A DNA stretch of 64,000 nt from Akkermansia muciniphila (GTDB taxonomy: Bacteria; Verrucomicrobiota; Verrucomicrobiia; Limisphaerales; UBA9464): NCBI GenBank assembly GCA_945893185.1, contig CAMDDW010000003.1:43119-107118 (forward strand). The letters run 5' to 3'. Below are positions 56,065 to 64,000 of the stretch, piece by piece (position 1 is the stretch's first letter; every line of letters begins with the position of its first letter). The translations under genes and the position numbers were made by a program. The notes beneath the pieces were generated by a model, which saw only the letters and a program-made list of their open reading frames with translations, ran no database searches and had not been told where the DNA came from.

Positions 56065-57864
56065 ATGAAACCAACTGTCTTTCTGGCTGCAGTGTTGATG
56101 TTCGCCCTCTCAACGCACGCTTCAGTAAAACCCCTTAAGGTGTTTATACTAGCCGGACAATCAAACATGGAGGGGCATGCCGCAATCAGCACCTTTGACT
56201 ATATCGGCAAGGATCCACTCACGGCACCCCTTCTCAAGGAAATGCGTAAATTGGATGGAAGTCCACGCGTCTGTGATCAGGTCTGGATGTCTTATTTGAC
56301 CGGACCTTACGATGGCAGCGCCAATGGCGAAGGGTTGGGAAAATTGACCGCCGGTTTTGGGGCACGTGGGGATCAACCCACCAAGATGTGTGGCAATATT
56401 GGTCCTGAGTTCACCTTCGGAATCTATATTGAAAAAGAGCTCAATGAACCAATTTTGATCATCAAGACCGCCTGGGGCGGCCGGTCGCTCAACACCGAAT
56501 TCCGCCCGCCCAGCGCCGGGCCCTACATGCTGCCCAAGGTGATTCAGGAGGAGTGGGACAGGCATCCTCAGGGCGCACATGGGATTCCCAAACTAGAGGA
56601 CCGCAAGAAATGGAGAGAAGAAAAGGATGCCGCCTCAGGCGTGTTTTACCAAATGATGATTGACCATGTGAAAATGGTCCTGGCAGATCCCAAACGCGTC
56701 TGTCCGGCCTATGACGCGAAGGATGGCTACGAGTTGGCTGGTTTTGTCTGGCTTCAGGGATTTAATGACTTAGTCGATGGGACGACGTATCCCGGCCCCG
56801 ACAAACCCGGAAAATACGACGTCTATTCGGACCTGCTGGCCAAGTTCATTCGCGACGTTCGGAAAGATCTGTCCGCCCCAAAGATGCCGTTTGTCATCGG
56901 CGTACTAGGAGTCGGCGGGATGGGCGATAATCAAGTTTTCCGAAAAGCCATGGCTGCACCGGCAGACATGCCCGAGTTCAGGGGCAATGTCGTTGCGGTT
57001 GAGACGGCCCCCTTCTGGGATCATGCCATCGAGGTCGCGGAATCCAAGCAAGGTAAGTACAACGATATCGTTAGCGTCGCGAAAACACTGAAAACCGACG
57101 GCACGATCAACAGGGATCGGAAATGGGATGGCTACTGGAAGCCTGTCGGCAAGCCTCTGCCAGAAGAACGGATCTGGCGCTTCGCTTCGGTCGATGCCAC
57201 CGAGAAGAAGGACAAACTGAAGAAATATGACGCCAGACGCTTCCGTGACGTGACGCTGCCAGCCGGAATTGAAAATTGGCACCTACCTCAATTTGATGAC
57301 AGCAAATGGGCCGAAGGCAAGGCACCCATCGGGAAGGGCTCATGGAGACACAGCGGCGTTACTCTCAAGAACTTTCCCTCAACCTGGGGAGAGGGCGAGT
57401 TTCTGCTGATGCGTACAACCTTTGAAGTCGAGGACACCCATTACGATTCTTATCGCATCGCGGTTTTGGCAAGACAGGGATTCCATGTTTATTTAAACGG
57501 ACAAAAGATACACACCTACATCTGGTGGCAGGACAAGCCGCAATACAGTTCTGTCGTCCTCGAAAAGGAAATGATCAATCATTTGAAGAGGGGGAAAAAT
57601 GTATTGGCAGTCTACGCCAATGACCAATACGACCTTGATTCCCCGGAACATTACGCCGCGCTGGATGTACAAATTGAGGGTATCACCAAAGCAGACCAAG
57701 AAAAGCTCGACCTCGCCTTGGAGGAAGTCCTTTCCGCCAGAGATCGGGAAGCCCTCAAAGGCGCTTCCAATGGCGGATACCACTATTTTGGTAGCGCAAA
57801 GATCTTCGCCCAAATGGGCAAGGCGTTTGCGGAAGCAATTGCGAATCAGCTTAAATCTAAATAA
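56065..57864 (+). CDS. Sialate O-acetylesterase-like (SASA) protein with an inserted domain
   Basis: FILAGQSNMEG, GPEFTFG, IIKTAWGG, WLQGFND, GYHY. Confidence 0.82.
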   Translation: MKPTVFLAAVLMFALSTHASVKPLKVFILAGQSNMEGHAAISTFDYIGKDPLTAPLLKEMRKLDGSPRVCDQVWMSYLTGPYDGSANGEGLGKLTAGFGARGDQPTKMCGNIGPEFTFGIYIEKELNEPILIIKTAWGGRSLNTEFRPPSAGPYMLPKVIQEEWDRHPQGAHGIPKLEDRKKWREEKDAASGVFYQMMIDHVKMVLADPKRVCPAYDAKDGYELAGFVWLQGFNDLVDGTTYPGPDKPGKYDVYSDLLAKFIRDVRKDLSAPKMPFVIGVLGVGGMGDNQVFRKAMAAPADMPEFRGNVVAVETAPFWDHAIEVAESKQGKYNDIVSVAKTLKTDGTINRDRKWDGYWKPVGKPLPEERIWRFASVDATEKKDKLKKYDARRFRDVTLPAGIENWHLPQFDDSKWAEGKAPIGKGSWRHSGVTLKNFPSTWGEGEFLLMRTTFEVEDTHYDSYRIAVLARQGFHVYLNGQKIHTYIWWQDKPQYSSVVLEKEMINHLKRGKNVLAVYANDQYDLDSPEHYAALDVQIEGITKADQEKLDLALEEVLSARDREALKGASNGGYHYFGSAKIFAQMGKAFAEAIANQLKSK

Positions 57865-57931
57865 CCGCCGTAGAACCATAAAAACACCGTCAATACTTCG
57901 ATAATTTCTGAACCGAATGCAGCCAGTCAAG

Positions 57932-58093
57932 GTACGGAGTCAGGGAACAATTTCCGAATTTGGCCAGACGGGTTCCCTCGACTCGGACTCCGTAAATGGT
58001 TCCGCAACTTGGATGGCCGATTGACGAGACGTTAAGCGGCAAAGCCTGATCCTCAACCTGAGTCAAAATCGGAAATCGTTCCCTGACCCCGTT
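57932..58093 (-). mobile_element. ~160-bp MITE/REPIN-like element, reverse orientation
   Basis: Reverse complement aligns end to end with 54176-54337. Confidence 0.8.
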
Positions 58094-61000
58094 GTCCGGA
58101 AGATCCTGCTGCACGCGATCGTCAAATCCTCCGCCGTCAGCAGGGCGCACGGCACCAGGAACAGCGTGATGATGGTGGTGAACAGGATGCCGAAGCCCAT
58201 CGAGACGGCCATCGGGATCAGGAACTGCGCCTCAATGGAGCGGTCGAAGATCATCGGCGCGAGGCCAACGAAGGTCGTGACCGAGGTGAGCAGGATCGGC
58301 TGGAAACGGCGCAGCCCGGCCTCGCGGGCGGCTTCGATCAGAGACGACCCGGCGGCACGTCGTTGATTCACATAGTCCACCAACACCAGCGAGTTGCTCA
58401 CGGAGATGCCGGCCAGCGCGAGCATGCCGAAGATGGAAAGGAACGATGGGGTCATGTCCAGCGCCATGTGACCGAGGAGCGCGCCGATCGTACCCATCGG
58501 GATGATGAGCATCACGTAGATGGGTTGGGTGAGAGACTGGAGGGGGATGGCCAGCAGCGCATAGATCGCCACCAGCAGCGCGACAGCCCCGAGGATCGTG
58601 CGTTGGCGCGATTCGGCGGCCTCGGCCACGTAGCCCTTGAACTGGAACGACAGTCCCTCGCCCTCAAGGCACAGCTCAAGCAGCCGTGGCTCCAGCTCGC
58701 GGGCGATGCTGATCAGGTTCACCGATTCGTCCGCCGGCTGCGCTCCAATGCGGATCACCTCCGCGCGGTCGTTGCGCTCCACGAACGAAGGTGCCTTGGT
58801 GAACCGCACCTCGGCCACCGTGGCGAGCGGGACTTCCGCTCCGCGGGGCGTTCGGATGCGGAGGTGGTCTAGGGTGTGCAGTCTCTCACGGTCCACACGG
58901 GGCAGTCGGACCATCACGCGGATGTCGTCCACGCCCCGCTGCACGCGCTGGGCTTCCTCCCCATAGAAGGCCTGTCGCACCTGCCGGGCGAGAAGCGCTT
59001 GGGTCACGCCCAGCTCGGCGGCCCGCGGCTTCAGGCTGAGCTCCAGTTCGTCCTGGCCGTAGTTGATCTGCGCCCAAGCGGTGCGGATGCCGCCATAGGA
59101 TTCCAGCAGTGTCTTCATGCGCTGAGCGATCTCCGCCTTCTTCGGCGAAGTCGGCCCGCGCAGTTCGAAATTCAGGTTGCCGTCGGCGTACTCCTGTCCG
59201 CCTTCGAAAGATTGCTCGGAATAGACACGGAAAAACTGCGCCTCCGGGATAGGCCCGATCAGCTCAGTCCACCGGTTGGCAAGGATGCTGTTTCGCGGGC
59301 CGGTGACGCTCCGCTCGGACGGATCGGTGATTTCGACCGTGAGCCGTCCCGCGGACTTGCGGAAACCGCCGCGCGCGTCGGTCCCGCCAACGACGCGCAT
59401 GACGTTGCGGATGAGAGACTCGCCGGTGCCCGGATCCACGAACTCCCGCTTCATCTGCTCCAGCGCGGTGGTGATCCGATCCACGTAGCGCGCGGTCACC
59501 TCGAGAGGCGTGTTCTCCGGGAGCACTATCACGGCGGTGATCCGGCGGGCGTCCACTGAAGGAAAGGATACGAACTTCATCCGACCGCCGATGCAATAGC
59601 CCGCCATGAGCAGCCCCGCCGTGAGGAAGGCGGTCAGCACGGTCGCGCGGTGCCGCAGGGCTGCGTCCAAAGCCGGCCGGTAAACGCGCTCCACAAACCA
59701 TCCCAAGCCGCCCGTGATCCGTGCCTGGAATCGGTCGAAGGCGTTTTCCGAGGCTCCCATGTTTAAATCCTTGAGATGCGTCGGCAGGAACAGCTTGCAG
59801 GCGAGTAACGAGAACAACAGCACGGCCGTGACGACGGGGGGAATCTGCTTCGCATAGTCACCCCAGGTGCCCTGGAAGAACATCATCGGAACGAAAGCGA
59901 CGATCGTCGTGAGCGCACCAAAGGTCACCGGCGTGGACACTTCCCGGGTGCCCTCGATCACCGCCTCGAGCGGCGGCAACGTGCCCGCCCGCAGCTTGTC
60001 GTAGATGTTCTCGCCCGTAACGATGGCATCGTCGCCAACGATGCCGATGACGATGAAGAAAGCGAACAGGCTCATCATGTTGGCCGTGATCCCCAGCCAA
60101 GGCATCACCAGCAAGCCGCCGGCGAGCGCGACCGGAATGCCGGCGGCAATCCAGAACGCCAGTTGCGGCCGCATGGTGAGTCCGAGCAGCACCAGCACCA
60201 GCAGACCGCCCTGCAGCGTGTTCGAAGCGAGGGAACTCAACCGCGCCCGGATCGAGATCGACTCATCGTTCCAGACGGTGAGTCGGATGCCCTCCGGGAA
60301 ACGGGTGGCGGCGGTGCGCACGTATTCGCGGACCTTGTTCGAGATGTCGATGGCGCTCTCGTTGCCGGTGCGCATCACCTGCACGAAGAGGGCCGGCCGG
60401 CCGTTGAACTCCACCCGCTTGTCACCCTCCTCAAAGCCATCGTGAATCGTCGCCACGTCGCCGAGGAGCACTTCCGCCCCGTTGGCGGCCCGGATGGGAA
60501 TCTTCGCGAACTCCGTCTCGGAATAGGCTTGTCCGCGGGTCCGAACGACGAAGGTGCCGCTCTCGCTATCGATGGCGCCGGCGGGCAGATCGATCGAGAA
60601 GCGCCGGATGGCGTCGGCGAGATCCTGAAACGTGAGCTTGTAGGCCAGCAAACGGTCGGCGCGCGCCTCGACGGCGATCTCAACGCGTCGACCGCCCTGC
60701 ACCTCGGAGCGGCTGATGCCCGGTATTTCGAGCAAATCCTCCTGCACGCGCCTGGCGATCTTGCGCAGATCATGGGGACCAACCTCGCCGGTAACCGCCA
60801 CATTCAGGACGGCGAAATAGTTGCCGGACTCAGGAATGAAAATCCGGGGCCGTTCGGTCTCGTTGGGAAACGTCGTGATCGTGTCGACCCGTGCCTTCAC
60901 ATCGTCCATCAAAGCACGAAGGTCGGTGCCGGGCTCGGCGGTGAGGTTGAAGCGCGCCATGCCGCGGTAGCCGTCGGCATCCAAACGCTTGATCCCTTGC

Positions 61001-61218
61001 ACGCCTTCGAGCGCCTCCTCGATGGGGATGAGAATCGCGCGTTCGACATCCTTGGCCGTACCGCCCCGGTAGGGCATCTCGATTATCACCGAGCGCCAGC
61101 TCAAGGCCGGGGTGATCTCGAGCGGCGTGCGGAAGACCGCCATGTATATACCGCCGGCGAGGATCGCCAGCATCAGGAAATTGGCGGCTATGCCGTTATT
61201 GGCGAACCAGCGAATCAT
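58063..61218 (-). CDS. RND efflux permease (AcrB family)
   Basis: MIRWFANNGIAANFLM, GIVGDDAIVTGENI, RFQPILLTSVTT. Confidence 0.93.
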   Translation of the reverse strand: MIRWFANNGIAANFLMLAILAGGIYMAVFRTPLEITPALSWRSVIIEMPYRGGTAKDVERAILIPIEEALEGVQGIKRLDADGYRGMARFNLTAEPGTDLRALMDDVKARVDTITTFPNETERPRIFIPESGNYFAVLNVAVTGEVGPHDLRKIARRVQEDLLEIPGISRSEVQGGRRVEIAVEARADRLLAYKLTFQDLADAIRRFSIDLPAGAIDSESGTFVVRTRGQAYSETEFAKIPIRAANGAEVLLGDVATIHDGFEEGDKRVEFNGRPALFVQVMRTGNESAIDISNKVREYVRTAATRFPEGIRLTVWNDESISIRARLSSLASNTLQGGLLVLVLLGLTMRPQLAFWIAAGIPVALAGGLLVMPWLGITANMMSLFAFFIVIGIVGDDAIVTGENIYDKLRAGTLPPLEAVIEGTREVSTPVTFGALTTIVAFVPMMFFQGTWGDYAKQIPPVVTAVLLFSLLACKLFLPTHLKDLNMGASENAFDRFQARITGGLGWFVERVYRPALDAALRHRATVLTAFLTAGLLMAGYCIGGRMKFVSFPSVDARRITAVIVLPENTPLEVTARYVDRITTALEQMKREFVDPGTGESLIRNVMRVVGGTDARGGFRKSAGRLTVEITDPSERSVTGPRNSILANRWTELIGPIPEAQFFRVYSEQSFEGGQEYADGNLNFELRGPTSPKKAEIAQRMKTLLESYGGIRTAWAQINYGQDELELSLKPRAAELGVTQALLARQVRQAFYGEEAQRVQRGVDDIRVMVRLPRVDRERLHTLDHLRIRTPRGAEVPLATVAEVRFTKAPSFVERNDRAEVIRIGAQPADESVNLISIARELEPRLLELCLEGEGLSFQFKGYVAEAAESRQRTILGAVALLVAIYALLAIPLQSLTQPIYVMLIIPMGTIGALLGHMALDMTPSFLSIFGMLALAGISVSNSLVLVDYVNQRRAAGSSLIEAAREAGLRRFQPILLTSVTTFVGLAPMIFDRSIEAQFLIPMAVSMGFGILFTTIITLFLVPCALLTAEDLTIACSRIFRTTGSGNDFRF

Positions 61219-62507
61219 GGCTTGCTGGGGGCCAGCGTGGGAGGCGTGCGGTGGGTGCCAGGGGGCTCGTTCGTCCTCCCCGCACCACTGACCGGAATGT
61301 CTGGGATCACCTCGACTTTCGTCCCTTCGGGTGCATAGACGAGGTGGGTGGTGGCCACGAGCGCTCCGTTGGTAATGGCCGGGTCGCGCACGAAGATATG
61401 CTCCTCGTCGGACCAAAGCGGCGTGACCCGGAGCGACGACAGGGTCAGTTCCCTCGGATGGACCAGATGAATCAGGTCCAACTCGCGCAAGGCCGCCCGC
61501 GGCAGGGCGACGGCGTTAGACAGAACCTTGCCACGGATCAGCGCTGTGACCGGTTGCCCGATACGAAGTGGCGACCAGCCCGACCGACGACCGAACGGAT
61601 CCTCGATACGCGCGATGACAAACAGCTCGAGCGAATTTTCGTCCAGGATACCCTCGGTGCGGACAATTTGGCCTCGCCAGACGTTGGTGGCTGCGCGGTC
61701 CACGGCGTCGCGCAGTTCGACCGGCACCGGTATGGAAGACCCGGAATCCGGCAATTCCAAAAAGCGGAGTTCCCGGGCGGCGATGGGCAGACGCGCCTCA
61801 ACCCAGTCCACGGAGAACACGGTGCCCAAGGCGATGCCCGGACTCACAAGTTGGCCGAGGCCGGCGGAACGTCGGCGAACGCATCCGGCAAACGGTGCGA
61901 GCACCTTCGTTCGCTCGAGATCGCGCTTCGAACGATCTAACTGCGCTGTGGCGGAATCAAGATCGGCTTCAGCTTGGGCGAGGCTGGCCGCCGTGAAGTC
62001 TCCTTGAGTCTGCGCCAGAAGGCTCTCCTTCAGCAACGCGACGTTGCGCTCGTGATTCAACCGGGCGAGCTGGAGCGCGGCCTTCGCACCCGACTGCCGG
62101 GCCTGTGCCACCGCGACGGCGTTCCGGTAATCCGCGGCCTCGATCTCGACCAGCACTTCGCCGGCGGCGAAGAACGCACCGTCCTCAAAGGACTCGCTCA
62201 ACCTGGCAATGCACCCGGAAACCTGTGCGCTCAACGTGCTCTCCTGATGCGCCCGGATGATGCCGTGGGTCCGGACTTCGACAGGAAAATCCCCCACCCG
62301 CACTTCGATGACCTTGGTGCGAACCGGTTGGGGCTTAGCTGGTGGCAATTTTGGTTTGGCCAGATCCCTCGACAAGAGCGCGTAGCCAAAGACACCGGCC
62401 AAGAACAGGGCGACCGGAAGACCAAAGCGCCTCAGGGCGGAACTGATCCAACGCCGCTGTTCCGACTGCGGGCGGGTTTGATCGCGATTTGAGGCTGGGG
62501 CACTCAT
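61215..62507 (-). CDS. RND periplasmic adaptor (membrane fusion protein)
   Basis: LSAQVSG, LERTKVLAPFAG; overlaps the permease start. Confidence 0.9.
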   Translation of the reverse strand: MSAPASNRDQTRPQSEQRRWISSALRRFGLPVALFLAGVFGYALLSRDLAKPKLPPAKPQPVRTKVIEVRVGDFPVEVRTHGIIRAHQESTLSAQVSGCIARLSESFEDGAFFAAGEVLVEIEAADYRNAVAVAQARQSGAKAALQLARLNHERNVALLKESLLAQTQGDFTAASLAQAEADLDSATAQLDRSKRDLERTKVLAPFAGCVRRRSAGLGQLVSPGIALGTVFSVDWVEARLPIAARELRFLELPDSGSSIPVPVELRDAVDRAATNVWRGQIVRTEGILDENSLELFVIARIEDPFGRRSGWSPLRIGQPVTALIRGKVLSNAVALPRAALRELDLIHLVHPRELTLSSLRVTPLWSDEEHIFVRDPAITNGALVATTHLVYAPEGTKVEVIPDIPVSGAGRTNEPPGTHRTPPTLAPSKP

Positions 62508-63054
62508 GCGGGACGGGTTTCGCTCGAGAGGATCATCGTCGGTGGAGTGCGGCCGCGTCCGCATTGCCGCGGCAGGAGCAACTCGATGTAATTAATCTGC
62601 AAGCCAGTGTTTTCCCCCAACGGTTAGCGCATACAGGGCGGTCAATTCCAATCCCTCCGGTGAAGCGGCCAGAAGTCTGCGAACGGCAATTCCACTTCCC
62701 ACGTCTCGTCAGCAGGCCCAAGTGAGTCTGGAGAGAAGTATAAAACCCCACCCGGTCAGGAACATCCTTGTGGCTCAAGCCGAGACGTTCATTGGCAGTC
62801 GTTAACTGTTTCGCACAAGCTTCCATGGGGGTGGGCATGTGTATTCGACCGCCGAAGTCGTTGCAAGCGCCGAAGCCACCCAATTGGAAGCCCGACCACT
62901 CCCAAAAACCATTAACTAGGCCGCACGGTAGGGCTGGAGCCGCACATCGGTAGCCGCTCGGGCGCTTCAACGAGCCAACTCTCCTGATCGTAGCGTTAAA
63001 AAGGAAAATTCGATCGGTGTGACCGCGGCGCTTGGAAAGCAAATTCCCATCAAC

Positions 63055-63759
63055 TCAATCGCGTTCCTTGCGTCCCTTTCCGACCTGCTCGCGGAGTTCG
63101 TCAATCACGCGAGCCATTTTCGCCATCTGCTCTTGAGTCTCGCGAAATGCGCGCTGGGTTTGCATCTGCATTTCGCGGAGTTCCCGATGCATTTGTTCAT
63201 GCGGCGCTCCGCCTTGCTGACCGGGCTGGCGGTTCGGTTGACCGTGCTGCTCTCGCACCATTTGCGTGAGGCGTTCCGCCTGTTCGTGAAGTCCCGCGGC
63301 GCGCAGGTGTTTTACGGCCTGCTCGATGTGTTGCATCCGCTCATCACCGCCCCTTTCTCCGTCACGCGGCTTGTCGGCGGGGTCCTTGTCGCCGTCGCGG
63401 ATTTTCCCATCCTTGTGTGGCTTGTCCCCATCACGACGCTTTTGTCCGGCATCGCGGACGCGCCGCTCAAGTTGATTGGCTTCCTCGTTTTTTCCGGCTT
63501 TGCGAAGCTCCTCGATCCTACGCTTTGCCGCCTCAAGTTTATCGCCTCCGTGATCGCCATCGAGTGTTTCTCCGCGAAGGCGTTTTACCTTCTCCTTGAT
63601 CGCATTCGCCTCGTCGTGGCGCCCAGCCTCATTGGCGGCGCGCTCCTGCGCTTCGAGTTCCTGGATGCGGGCTTTCTTATCGCCTCCTTCCTGCCCGTGC
63701 AAAGCGGCGACTATTGTTACGGCGGTGAGTAGGATGGAGAGACGTTTGATGAGTTTCAT
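63055..63759 (-). CDS. Hypothetical secreted, highly charged coiled-coil protein
   Basis: Signal peptide; HLRAAGLHEQAE-type helical repeats. Confidence 0.7.
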   Translation of the reverse strand: MKLIKRLSILLTAVTIVAALHGQEGGDKKARIQELEAQERAANEAGRHDEANAIKEKVKRLRGETLDGDHGGDKLEAAKRRIEELRKAGKNEEANQLERRVRDAGQKRRDGDKPHKDGKIRDGDKDPADKPRDGERGGDERMQHIEQAVKHLRAAGLHEQAERLTQMVREQHGQPNRQPGQQGGAPHEQMHRELREMQMQTQRAFRETQEQMAKMARVIDELREQVGKGRKERD

Positions 63760-64000
63760 GGTTCTTGAAATATTCATGATAGACATCACCGCAGCGGCCA
63801 TTTCTATGGAAGCTTCGGCAATTTGATTGAATCGGTACTTTCAGTTCAGAGAGGGCTCTGCCGTCGAGGATCAAGGCATGGTAGGGCTGTTGTGCAGGTG
63901 ACGACATCCGGGAAAACCCAATCCCGTTCAAATCATTCTTTCGTTTCACCGTAATTACGCCCGCTTCAGTTCAAAATATGAAAGGGGAAACGAAATGAAT

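Noticed and set aside
57907-57931. Possible attC left arm (TCTGAAC-CGAATGCAGCC) before the third MITE
   Set aside because: Too short and degenerate to count as support for attC targeting.
62533-63042. 169-aa ORF or riboswitch upstream of the RND operon
   Set aside because: No recognisable protein or RNA motif; left as intergenic.
1-64000. tRNA/rRNA genes, prophage, reverse transcriptase systems
   Set aside because: No recognisable signatures by eye; tRNAscan/Rfam searches were not run.

Overview
GC-rich bacterial DNA, most consistent with a Verrucomicrobia/PVC genome (three DUF1549/DUF1553 + DUF1501 pairs, PQQ-like propellers, a PVC-type heme protein, a prepilin-like protein, msrA, bcp, ABC and RND transporters). 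Two accessory hot spots, at about 3.5-14.8 kb and 51.5-58.1 kb, interrupt this backbone. Both hold integron-type gene cassettes with attC sites, and together they carry about eight toxin-antitoxin modules. No integron integrase gene is visible in the window. Both hot spots instead contain a ~30-bp repeat family (AAAATCGGAAATCGTTCCCTGACCCCGTTT, about 12 copies) that forms the perfect inverted ends of an intact REP-associated tyrosine transposase (RAYT/HUH) element and of ~160-bp non-autonomous MITE-like derivatives. Three copies of an attI-like site, each heading its own cassette or cassettes, are linked by a conserved spacer to these repeat ends. Some attC sites are interrupted by the repeats, and fragments of secA and a secretin gene sit at the hot-spot borders. 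The main hypothesis is a RAYT-mobilised, integrase-free, multi-attI cassette platform. All product calls come from motif recognition by eye, without database searches.
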